In this document: in pieces, positions 8,169 to 15,663 of the stretch
Position numbering within the stretch: the stretch's first letter is position 1
Layout of the letters: every line of letters begins with the position of its first letter
IMG/VR virus record: IMGVR_UViG_3300025674_000003
Source of the DNA: an uncultured virus (IMG/VR IMGVR_UViG_3300025674_000003)
Taxonomy: Duplodnaviria > Heunggongvirae > Uroviricota > Caudoviricetes > Crassvirales
DNA: 20,000 nucleotides
Strand: one strand, 5' to 3'
The notes under the pieces: model-generated
The model's database searches: none
Told to the model about the DNA's origin: nothing
The model's input: the letters and a program-made list of their open reading frames with translations, nothing else
Program-made: the position numbers and the translations under genes

Positions 8169-10583
8169 TTATCTAGGGTCAAATTGTTCTAACCCGAAAC
8201 CACCTAAATTATCAAATCCAGCGGATTCAAAATCTTGAGGTAATGTATTATTTTTTCTTTGATCTATTAGTTTTGACTCTTGAGAACCTTGCATTTTTAT
8301 TCTATTGTCTTTTCTATTCTCTATTTCTTGTTCTTTTTGAGTCTCTGCGTCAGCTTTTATTTTTGCTAACTGCATATTGTATTGAAATTCCTCAGCCATC
8401 AAACCTTTCTTTATTTCTGCCTCTTGTAACATTTTCTTTATTTCTAATTGCATTTTAGAGGTTTCAATTTGTATTTCAGTTTCTGCTAAAGCTTGTTGTT
8501 TTTGCATTTCTGCTGTTATAGCAGCTTCAGAAGCTTGTGCGTTTGCTTGAGCTTGAGCTTGTATATTAGCTCTTTGGTTTTCTTGATCTTTTTTAGCTTT
8601 TTCTTTACGTTTCTGTTTTAATAAAGCATTTGCTAGTTTTATGTTTTTAACTTGTCTAATATCTATAGCATCGTCTAAGTCTATACCACCTGACTGCAAA
8701 GCTATTTGTATATTTTGCTCTAATTGAGCTTTAGCCTCTTCATCTGGTTCTAATTCTAAGAATATACCAAAATCTTGAAGATTTTTTTCTTGTAATTCTT
8801 CTAAAGTTCCTGTGTTATATGAAGATATAGAATCTATTAAAGCAGCTCTTGTTAAAGGGTAATTTAACGCGTCTGCTATTCTAAGAGCTATATTTTCACA
8901 AGATCTTAATGTTAAATATAAACCACCTTGCATAATATGTCTTAATGCAGTATTTGAATTAGCAGCAGCTAATTTTTGTAAACCTACTAACGCATCTTTA
9001 CTAGGTGTGCTAGCGTCGCTTGCTTCATTTAAACCGGTTACATCACGTATCATTTGTAAATAATACTGGTAAGTTTGAATTAGGCTTTGTATTTTAGCAC
9101 CTCCATTGCTTGTTTGAAGCTCTTGAATAGGTACTTTACCTCTATTTAAATCGCCATCTTGCGTCATAGATCTACCAACAATAGAACCTGTTTGAAAATA
9201 CATGTTTAACGCTTCAGACGCATTATAATTTGTTCCATTACCTAAATCAACTTCAGCTAAACCATCTACATCAACAAAAACACCATCAGGAACCATGCGT
9301 GATAATACTTGTTGTAACTTCAAATGTGTTAATTGTATCATATCAGCAAAACCTGTTATTCTGCTAACTGTAGACTCAATAGCGCCTTTGTACATACGTG
9401 GTGCACATATAGAGTAATTCATATTAACTTTTGTTAAATTAGAATTAGGTCTAGTCATATTTTCAGATAACCTCCAATCTAACATCATTTCATGACCAAG
9501 TATTTTTGCTCCTGTATATAAAACTTCTATACTTCTACCTACTCTTTCAAAATTATCATTTGGTTGAGGATTAAAAGTATCTGGTTTTTCTAAAGCTTTT
9601 TCTAAACCTTGATCTGTTTGTTTTATTTTAAATACTTGATTGCTGTATGTTTTATATTCAAAATATAAAACTTGAACTTGATTATATGAATCTTGTTGTG
9701 CATAGAAATTCCTAGTATAATTTGCGTCACCTGGAAATTTTTCTATTTTTTTAAGTTCTTCATCTGTTAAACCAGGAAATTGTTTTTTAAGCTCAACTAA
9801 ACTTATTGATTTAACTTCTCCAGCATAATATATATCATCAAAGTTAGGATCTTCCGTGTATGAATAAACTAAATTAGCAGGGTCAACATAATTAACAGTA
9901 ACACCGTTAGCTAAATTAAAATCTGTTTTAACAGCAGCTATACCTATTATAGTTAAATCTTGTATTAATCTTTTCTTTATTAATTCGTATTTGTTATAAG
10001 ATAAAACATTCTCTATAGCCTCTTCTTCAGCTATTTCAATTGATTGTTTATAGCTTAATTGCATATGAAGATCTAATTCTTGCTGAGATTCTGGTATATT
10101 ATTAGGATCATTGGTATTGAAAAAATTCATACCAGTAGCTTGATTAGTTGCTTCAATAATTTCTTTAGCATACATGTCTCGCATTATCGCATCTGCATAC
10201 TTTGTTCTTTGCTTTAAAGATTCAGGATCTTGAGCAAAAGCTTTAATGTCAAATATTTTTTGAGACATACCATTAACTATTATATCTACAAACTTAGGTA
10301 TAATAGGTACTGGTTTCCAGTCTAAATTTAAATAAGATAAATCGCCATTGACAGCTAATTCATCTTTGTATTTTTGTACAGGTTGTTCACCTCTTGCGTA
10401 AAGTCTTAATCTATGAAAATTTAACCAGCTATTCTGGTATCTATTACCTAAACCCCCTCTATCTCCAGAAAACCACTCTCCTTCAATAGCTCGTCCTACG
10501 GCGTAACCATAATCATAACTTTGCTTTTCTTCATCAGATACTACCTGACTAGGAAACGAACCTGCGTAATTAGTGTAAATCAT
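8169..10583 (-). CDS. Portal protein (804 aa)
   Basis: Abuts the TerL stop. Motifs LNLDWKPVPIIPKFVDIIVNG and MIRDVTGLNEA, with a long Q/A/E coiled-coil C-terminal barrel typical of podophage portals. Confidence 0.9.
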   Translation of the reverse strand: MIYTNYAGSFPSQVVSDEEKQSYDYGYAVGRAIEGEWFSGDRGGLGNRYQNSWLNFHRLRLYARGEQPVQKYKDELAVNGDLSYLNLDWKPVPIIPKFVDIIVNGMSQKIFDIKAFAQDPESLKQRTKYADAIMRDMYAKEIIEATNQATGMNFFNTNDPNNIPESQQELDLHMQLSYKQSIEIAEEEAIENVLSYNKYELIKKRLIQDLTIIGIAAVKTDFNLANGVTVNYVDPANLVYSYTEDPNFDDIYYAGEVKSISLVELKKQFPGLTDEELKKIEKFPGDANYTRNFYAQQDSYNQVQVLYFEYKTYSNQVFKIKQTDQGLEKALEKPDTFNPQPNDNFERVGRSIEVLYTGAKILGHEMMLDWRLSENMTRPNSNLTKVNMNYSICAPRMYKGAIESTVSRITGFADMIQLTHLKLQQVLSRMVPDGVFVDVDGLAEVDLGNGTNYNASEALNMYFQTGSIVGRSMTQDGDLNRGKVPIQELQTSNGGAKIQSLIQTYQYYLQMIRDVTGLNEASDASTPSKDALVGLQKLAAANSNTALRHIMQGGLYLTLRSCENIALRIADALNYPLTRAALIDSISSYNTGTLEELQEKNLQDFGIFLELEPDEEAKAQLEQNIQIALQSGGIDLDDAIDIRQVKNIKLANALLKQKRKEKAKKDQENQRANIQAQAQANAQASEAAITAEMQKQQALAETEIQIETSKMQLEIKKMLQEAEIKKGLMAEEFQYNMQLAKIKADAETQKEQEIENRKDNRIKMQGSQESKLIDQRKNNTLPQDFESAGFDNLGGFGLEQFDPR

Positions 10584-12800
10584 TTATCTTATTATTTTTG
10601 AACTAAATCCTTTATTGTCATATTTTTTAAAACCAAGGTTTTTAACTTCTAATTTTCTTTTAAAAACTGGCGTGTAAAGATTTTTATTACAAGCCATTAT
10701 TGCTAAACCTGAACTAATAGAAGCATCGTGTTTTGTTCTATCATTTATATCAAATCTAGACCAATCTTCTAAAGTTTTTTGAAAATATACGTTTCCATAA
10801 CCTTCGTCTAATTTACCTACATAATTTTCAATATAGGATTCTATAGCAGCCGCGTGAGCTTGTTTTATATCTTGACTTGAATTAGGTATTCCACCTATTT
10901 CTTTTTCTGTTACAGATAATTTCATATATACTTTATCTGGTCTATTCATAGAATAACCTCTATAACCTCTTCTTTTAAAATGATATAAAAGTCTAGGTTT
11001 ATTATTTTCTGCTAATATAGGCATTCCATAAAACACACAAGCCATAAGAACATCTTCGAAAAATATCTCAGCAGTCTGTGGTCTTGCTATGTATTCTAAA
11101 AAAAACATACTATTAGGCACATCTTCCATTGAAAACTTTGTTAATCCGTGAAGTGATCCTTTAGAACCACGCGCGTCAACAGTACCTGATATGTCATATG
11201 GATCACAACCAAAAGAGCCACAATGTTCATTTCCTGGGTATTTTAATCCATTTTTAATTATTACACGATTTTGTAAATTTAAAGGTGGAACCCAAGTTAC
11301 ACTAAATCTACCTGAATCATTAGGAACAAATAAAACCTTAGTATCTTTAACACCATTTTGCCATTGAAACGATCCTTTTGTAACAAAAGTGTTTGTTCTA
11401 AAATCTTCGTTATAATCTATTTGTTCGTATATTTTAGTTAAGTTAAATAAAGATTGTTTAGCTTCGTCTCTAAACGCATGTTGTTCTGTTCTTGGAAACT
11501 GTCTATAAAATTCATTTAAACCTTCTTGATCTTTTTTTAAACCATCAACTTCGTTTTGCCAATATTCTAGTACACCTATTTTTATTTTTCTTCCGTGCGG
11601 ACCCTCTGTATTTTCGATTGGAGTTTCGAAGACAGGTAAGCCATAAGAATCAATGTATCCTTCGTAGTTCCATTCCATAGGTATGAACAAAGAATATAAT
11701 CCTGAGCGAGTCTCTCCATTGGCGTTTCTTTCTTTGACGTTCGAATCATAATATAGTTTTTTAAAGTTATTACCACCTTTGTCAAGTGCATTACTGGTTG
11801 ATCCCATCATACACTTACCTATAATTCTACCACCTAATCTTAGCGTGGTTTTTGTAACCCTCCAGTTGTTGAGGATGTTGTTCGGCTTCTCCCATTTACC
11901 GCTTTCATCATGGACGAGGAGTTTAAGTTTCTCCCCATCGTAGGAGTTGTCACCTGTATTCTTCCAGTCGATTGTGGTGTCCAATCCCTGTAATTCGTCC
12001 TCGGTTTCGTCGTAGGCAGCGGTGAGCTTTCTACGGGTGAACTTTGAGGCTGGTACACGGTAGGCAAGCTCGGTCTTTGGGCGGTCCATACCGTCCTGGG
12101 TCGGCTTGAAAAAGAAGGGGTAATTAACCGATATGGGTACCACCTTGTCTGTGAACATCTTTTTAGCATCAGGACCGGACTTTGATAATATACCATATCT
12201 AGAGTCAGATGATATGGTTGCCAAGTTAACCACCTCTCCTGACGCCATAAAGGAAAACCCAGAACGTCTGTTCTTAAGGTAGCACAGTCCGTAACATCTA
12301 TCATCGGCTTTACAAGCTTCCCAGAAAATGAAGAATAATCTATTTGACTCCCGAAAGTCTGGTGCCCCGACATCAATCTTACTCCACTGCAAGTACATGT
12401 AATGAGTACCAGTAATATAAGTAGGAATGTCTTTGTTATAAAACCAAAAACCTTTCTCCCTACGGGTAAACTCATTATCGATGTAATCATACCACTTTTC
12501 TTTAAAATCTAGTGGATATTGTTTCCAATCAAAAGTAGATTTAATTCTATCTAATTCTTTTGGATATTCAAATTGTGTCCACTTATTGTTATCAAACTTA
12601 TATATATTTTCTTTTTTTGGTAAAGCTATTTTTAGGTTTTGTATCTCATACACTTGACCTATTTTACCAGTTTTACTTATAACTACAACATCGTGTTCTT
12701 CGTTATAACCATATTCCCAACTATTGCTTTTGTTATTTCTTTTTAAAACTTTACTTGGAATATGATCTTCTAGTATTTTATATAAAGTTTGTTTATACAT
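10584..12800 (-). CDS. terL: Terminase large subunit
   Basis: Walker A variant LKNRRSGFS, Walker B LLVHDESGKW, coupling motif GSTSN and nuclease GCDPYD. Start moved from the track's 12830 to the ATG at 12800 (MYKQTLY...), which overlaps the upstream ORF's stop. Confidence 0.93.
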   Translation of the reverse strand: MYKQTLYKILEDHIPSKVLKRNNKSNSWEYGYNEEHDVVVISKTGKIGQVYEIQNLKIALPKKENIYKFDNNKWTQFEYPKELDRIKSTFDWKQYPLDFKEKWYDYIDNEFTRREKGFWFYNKDIPTYITGTHYMYLQWSKIDVGAPDFRESNRLFFIFWEACKADDRCYGLCYLKNRRSGFSFMASGEVVNLATISSDSRYGILSKSGPDAKKMFTDKVVPISVNYPFFFKPTQDGMDRPKTELAYRVPASKFTRRKLTAAYDETEDELQGLDTTIDWKNTGDNSYDGEKLKLLVHDESGKWEKPNNILNNWRVTKTTLRLGGRIIGKCMMGSTSNALDKGGNNFKKLYYDSNVKERNANGETRSGLYSLFIPMEWNYEGYIDSYGLPVFETPIENTEGPHGRKIKIGVLEYWQNEVDGLKKDQEGLNEFYRQFPRTEQHAFRDEAKQSLFNLTKIYEQIDYNEDFRTNTFVTKGSFQWQNGVKDTKVLFVPNDSGRFSVTWVPPLNLQNRVIIKNGLKYPGNEHCGSFGCDPYDISGTVDARGSKGSLHGLTKFSMEDVPNSMFFLEYIARPQTAEIFFEDVLMACVFYGMPILAENNKPRLLYHFKRRGYRGYSMNRPDKVYMKLSVTEKEIGGIPNSSQDIKQAHAAAIESYIENYVGKLDEGYGNVYFQKTLEDWSRFDINDRTKHDASISSGLAIMACNKNLYTPVFKRKLEVKNLGFKKYDNKGFSSKIIR
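11840..12490 (-). CDS. Candidate overprinted gene in the +1 frame of terL; lipoprotein-like N-terminus, S/T/P/R-rich C-terminus
   Basis: 216 stop-free codons from an ATG (alternative ATG at 12475), coinciding with a local GC rise and non-native TerL synonymous codons. N-terminus RKVFGFITKTFLLILLVLITCTC. Confidence 0.6.
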   Translation of the reverse strand: MITSIMSLPVGRKVFGFITKTFLLILLVLITCTCSGVRLMSGHQTFGSQIDYSSFSGKLVKPMIDVTDCATLRTDVLGFPLWRQERWLTWQPYHLTLDMVYYQSPVLMLKRCSQTRWYPYRLITPSFSSRPRTVWTAQRPSLPTVYQPQSSPVESSPLPTTKPRTNYRDWTPQSTGRIQVTTPTMGRNLNSSSMMKAVNGRSRTTSSTTGGLQKPR

Positions 12801-13074
12801 TTTTAGATCTACCTTCAGCAAAACCAGCAAAAGTTCTTTCTTTTTTAACTTCTTTTGGTTTTTCGTTTAACATATCCTCTTCTTCTTGTAAACGTTGTAA
12901 TATTTCAAAAGCATCAAATATTGCTAATTTTTTTGTTGCTGCAGCATTTTTAAGTCTGTCTGCAGATATATCATCGTCTGAATCTACAATAGGTTCTTTA
13001 GCCACCTTTATAAGCTCTTCAACAGCTACGCGCCCAGCTTGGATTATATTCTTCTTCGTTTCCTTTGTGCTCAT
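12793..13074 (-). CDS. Small helical protein immediately upstream of terL, candidate terminase small subunit (93 aa)
   Basis: Overlaps the terL start and is helical and charged. Assignment is by position only. Confidence 0.5.
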   Translation of the reverse strand: MSTKETKKNIIQAGRVAVEELIKVAKEPIVDSDDDISADRLKNAAATKKLAIFDAFEILQRLQEEEDMLNEKPKEVKKERTFAGFAEGRSKNV

Positions 13075-13624
13075 ATTTAATTACAATATCATTTGATTTC
13101 ATACAATAAACTCTTTCATTTTCAATAATAAAATCCCATTCGCTGTTAGGTGTAAAACCCACAACATCACCAGGATTAATATTAAGCGCTTCTAATGAGT
13201 TATTACTATATTTTAGTATACCTATAAGGGCTTGTTCTTTTTTGTTGCTTAATTTATCTTTATTTATTATCGGTTTAACAAAACATCTATCACCAAACGA
13301 GTGATAACCATTATTGTTTTTATAAAGATATATTTGATCTAAGCTACAAAAATACAAATCATTTTTAAAATATGATCTGCTTTTTTTCTTAACACCTTTC
13401 ATACCGTAAAATGTTCTAAACACATTTTGATGTACTATTATTAAATCACCTTTTTTTATAGGTGTTTTAAAAGCTTTAGGTGTTTCTATAACCTCGGCTA
13501 TTCTATTAACAAACTTCCAGTTTTCAACCTTAGTATTTAATACTAATTCTTTATCATCTACTTTTATGCTATTAGAATATTCTTTACCAAATGGTTTTAC
13601 TATAAAATCATATAGACTTTTCAT
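13019..13624 (-). CDS. GroES/Cpn10-like co-chaperonin, apparently two tandem domains (201 aa)
   Basis: Second half FGDRCFVKP...GILKY...INPGDVVGF...FIIENERVYCMKSNDIV mirrors GroES (PLGDRVLVK...VKVGDKVLF...DGEEYLIM.E.DI). First half FIVKP...AEVIETP...IKKGDLIIVH repeats the pattern. Confidence 0.65.
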   Translation of the reverse strand: MKSLYDFIVKPFGKEYSNSIKVDDKELVLNTKVENWKFVNRIAEVIETPKAFKTPIKKGDLIIVHQNVFRTFYGMKGVKKKSRSYFKNDLYFCSLDQIYLYKNNNGYHSFGDRCFVKPIINKDKLSNKKEQALIGILKYSNNSLEALNINPGDVVGFTPNSEWDFIIENERVYCMKSNDIVIKYEHKGNEEEYNPSWARSC

Positions 13625-13851
13625 TAATACTCTAAATCGTACTCAACTGATATAGCCATGTTAGAATTAAACTTCTTCCATGGCAATACCTCGTTGTTTT
13701 TCTTTATGTGAATATTATAGGAATTATCGTTTTCGTCAAGAAGTATATGTGATATTTCGTGACCACCGTAAACTTGTTGTCCTACTGAATAATGCATTGC
13801 GTCGTTTTTATAATCAGATCCAATGCTTATTTTTCTAATATTACTCAACAT
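13624..13851 (-). CDS. Small conserved-looking hypothetical protein (75 aa)
   Basis: ATG start; overlaps both neighbours (translational coupling). Confidence 0.7.
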   Translation of the reverse strand: MLSNIRKISIGSDYKNDAMHYSVGQQVYGGHEISHILLDENDNSYNIHIKKNNEVLPWKKFNSNMAISVEYDLEY

Positions 13852-14089
13852 CTTGTTTAGTAATTTCAGATATTTTACCAGTTTGTAAATCTATGTTAAC
13901 AGAACCATAAGTTTTTTCTAACTGTTCTTTAGTTTCTTGTATTTCATCGCTTAATTTTTTAATAACGCTATGCGTATTTATTTTTTCAACATCTAAAATA
14001 CCTAAATGTTTCAACAATTCATTTAACTTATTTTGTTGTTCATTAACAAGTTCTAATTCTTCTTTTTTTATTTTTTTTGCTTTCGCCAT
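13841..14089 (-). CDS. Small coiled-coil protein (82 aa)
   Basis: ATG preceded by an AT-rich leader; heptad pattern ending in LEKTYGSVNIDLQTG. Confidence 0.7.
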   Translation of the reverse strand: MAKAKKIKKEELELVNEQQNKLNELLKHLGILDVEKINTHSVIKKLSDEIQETKEQLEKTYGSVNIDLQTGKISEITKQDVE

Positions 14090-14122
14090 GATTTAATTAA
14101 ATTTGATTAATATATTTTTTTA

Positions 14123-14683
14123 TTATTTACATACAATTATGTCACCAGCTCCAACAGTGTTTAGAGCAGTAACATAGTCAACAGCCACGGGTAGTATGCT
14201 ACCAGCTGGAACGTTTTTAAAAGTTATAGCTTGTGCAGCTACAGGAACACCATCGTTTACGGCTGTAATTTGTAGAGTAGCATTTCCACCGCCACCACTT
14301 ACTGTTACAATATCATTTACATTGTAACCTGATCCTGCAGCGTTTATTGCTACAGCAGTTATTACGTTAGAAGTTACTGTTGTGTTTACAGTTAAACCTA
14401 ATCCATCACCAGATGTTGTTGTTGCAACACCTGTACCATTACTGTAACCACTGCCTCCATTTGTGATTGAAAGAGCTTTTACAGAACTTAAATTAGTACC
14501 AGGTAATATAACACTAACATCACCGCTTACACCAACGTAAAGTACAGAACTATTTAAAAAAGTTCCTAATGTTCCGGTTTGGTTTTCAAAAACCCAAGCT
14601 GGTAAAGGATTTGGGGCTCCTACTAAACCCGTTAAAGGCATTGCTTTACCTACAATACCATCATTAGTTATAAATTTTGACAT
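14123..14683 (-). CDS. Putative head spike-base / capsid decoration protein with an inserted GSGY-repeat beta domain (186 aa)
   Basis: Flanks LYVGVSGDVSV and ITFKNVPAGSILPVAV..V.A..T..GDII resemble the RcGTA Rcc01079-like spike-base family. The middle has ITNGGSGY...INAAGSGY repeats seen in phage fibre/baseplate proteins. Confidence 0.55.
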   Translation of the reverse strand: MSKFITNDGIVGKAMPLTGLVGAPNPLPAWVFENQTGTLGTFLNSSVLYVGVSGDVSVILPGTNLSSVKALSITNGGSGYSNGTGVATTTSGDGLGLTVNTTVTSNVITAVAINAAGSGYNVNDIVTVSGGGGNATLQITAVNDGVPVAAQAITFKNVPAGSILPVAVDYVTALNTVGAGDIIVCK

Positions 14684-14688
14684 TTTTT

Positions 14689-15153
14689 TTATTTTTTACT
14701 TATTGTTTTAAATTTTTCTGCACCTCGTGAACCAAAATAAGCCACGTAAACTGTAATTAAAAGAGATTTTAATAGATCAACCCAACCGCCATCAACATCA
14801 AACTGTATATTAGAGCTTTCAAGAACTATTAAAATTATTAAAGATATAGTTAAAAATATAAGAGTCATAGGGCGTGTGTTTTTAGACAACCATGAATCTG
14901 ATTTCATATCACTATCCCAACGCTTAGATATTTCTTGCATTTCTACCATGTCTTGCTCTAATAACTTTAAAGCTTTTTCTTTATCTTCTGGTGGTAAAAT
15001 TACAGGATCTTCTTTTTTTATTAAGTTTTTAACTACACCTAATAAGCCTTGATCTGGTAAAACATCAGATATACCATCAACTAGCTTAGGCGCAGTTCCT
15101 AATAAAAACTGACCGACTTTTGTATCTTTAAACTTCTTTTTATTATCTGGCAT
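14689..15153 (-). CDS. Holin, GTA_holin_3TM-like family (154 aa)
   Basis: Motifs RWDSDMKSDSWLSKNTRP, then a TM helix, a second TM helix and YFGSRGAEK, characteristic of this holin family. Confidence 0.75.
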   Translation of the reverse strand: MPDNKKKFKDTKVGQFLLGTAPKLVDGISDVLPDQGLLGVVKNLIKKEDPVILPPEDKEKALKLLEQDMVEMQEISKRWDSDMKSDSWLSKNTRPMTLIFLTISLIILIVLESSNIQFDVDGGWVDLLKSLLITVYVAYFGSRGAEKFKTISKK

Positions 15154-15593
15154 TATTTTTTAATTACCTTTAGTATTGATTGATAAATTTTATTTATATC
15201 GAATGTATTTTTTGCTAAAGATACAGAATTTTTATTTATATCTTCGTAAGCTTTTACAGACGACTTACTAAGTTTTAAATGAGCAGCGTGTGATTTATTT
15301 ATTAAATTAATATTCTCAACAGCTTTCTGTATTTTATTAGCGTATTCTTTTTGAGCTTTAACTATTTCACTAGTGTCATAAGGTTCATAAATTACACGCG
15401 AGTTATCGTTTGTATCTTTAGTTGTCTCGAATGCAGAATAAGCAAAAACAATAGCTTCTGTTATCATACCTATTGTTAATAATAATGAGCCATATGGCCA
15501 GTGTTGAATTTTAGCAAGAGCTCCTAAAATAACGACTGCAGCTCCGAGCCCGTAGAGCATATTAGTAAAGTCTAATTTTAAATTTTTTAACAT
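15153..15593 (-). CDS. gldL: GldL/PorL-like protein (gliding motility / type IX secretion motor stator subunit homologue), 146 aa
   Basis: NMLYGLGAAVVILGALAKIQHW...LLTIGMITEAIVFAYSAFE closely matches the two-TM N-terminus of GldL as recalled (NFAYGMGAAVVIVGALFKITH...IGLLTEALIFALSAFE). A coiled coil follows, then SLAKNTFDINKIYQSIL, resembling the GldL terminal helix (..N..SLN.VYGGML). Confidence 0.9.
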   Translation of the reverse strand: MLKNLKLDFTNMLYGLGAAVVILGALAKIQHWPYGSLLLTIGMITEAIVFAYSAFETTKDTNDNSRVIYEPYDTSEIVKAQKEYANKIQKAVENINLINKSHAAHLKLSKSSVKAYEDINKNSVSLAKNTFDINKIYQSILKVIKK

Positions 15594-15636
15594 AACATTT
15601 AATTTAATTATTTATATATAATCTATATATAAATAG

Positions 15637-15649
15637 TTACATGTTATTT
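15637..15649 (-). promoter_or_regulatory. Copy 2 of 13-bp intergenic motif AAATAACATGTAA (candidate phage promoter), upstream of the gldL-like gene
   Basis: Exact match to 4647-4659, in a 70-bp very AT-rich intergenic gap. Confidence 0.4.
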
Positions 15650-15663
15650 TAATTAATTACGAT

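Noticed and set aside
11840..12490. Intron or intein in terL explaining the GC-rich island
   Set aside because: The TerL frame is continuous, the island encodes the essential Walker A/B region, and no intein or homing-endonuclease motifs are present.
15153..15593. Host chromosomal gld operon or prophage boundary
   Set aside because: No gldK, gldM or gldN nearby; the gene is flanked by phage genes, overlaps the holin start and matches phage AT content.
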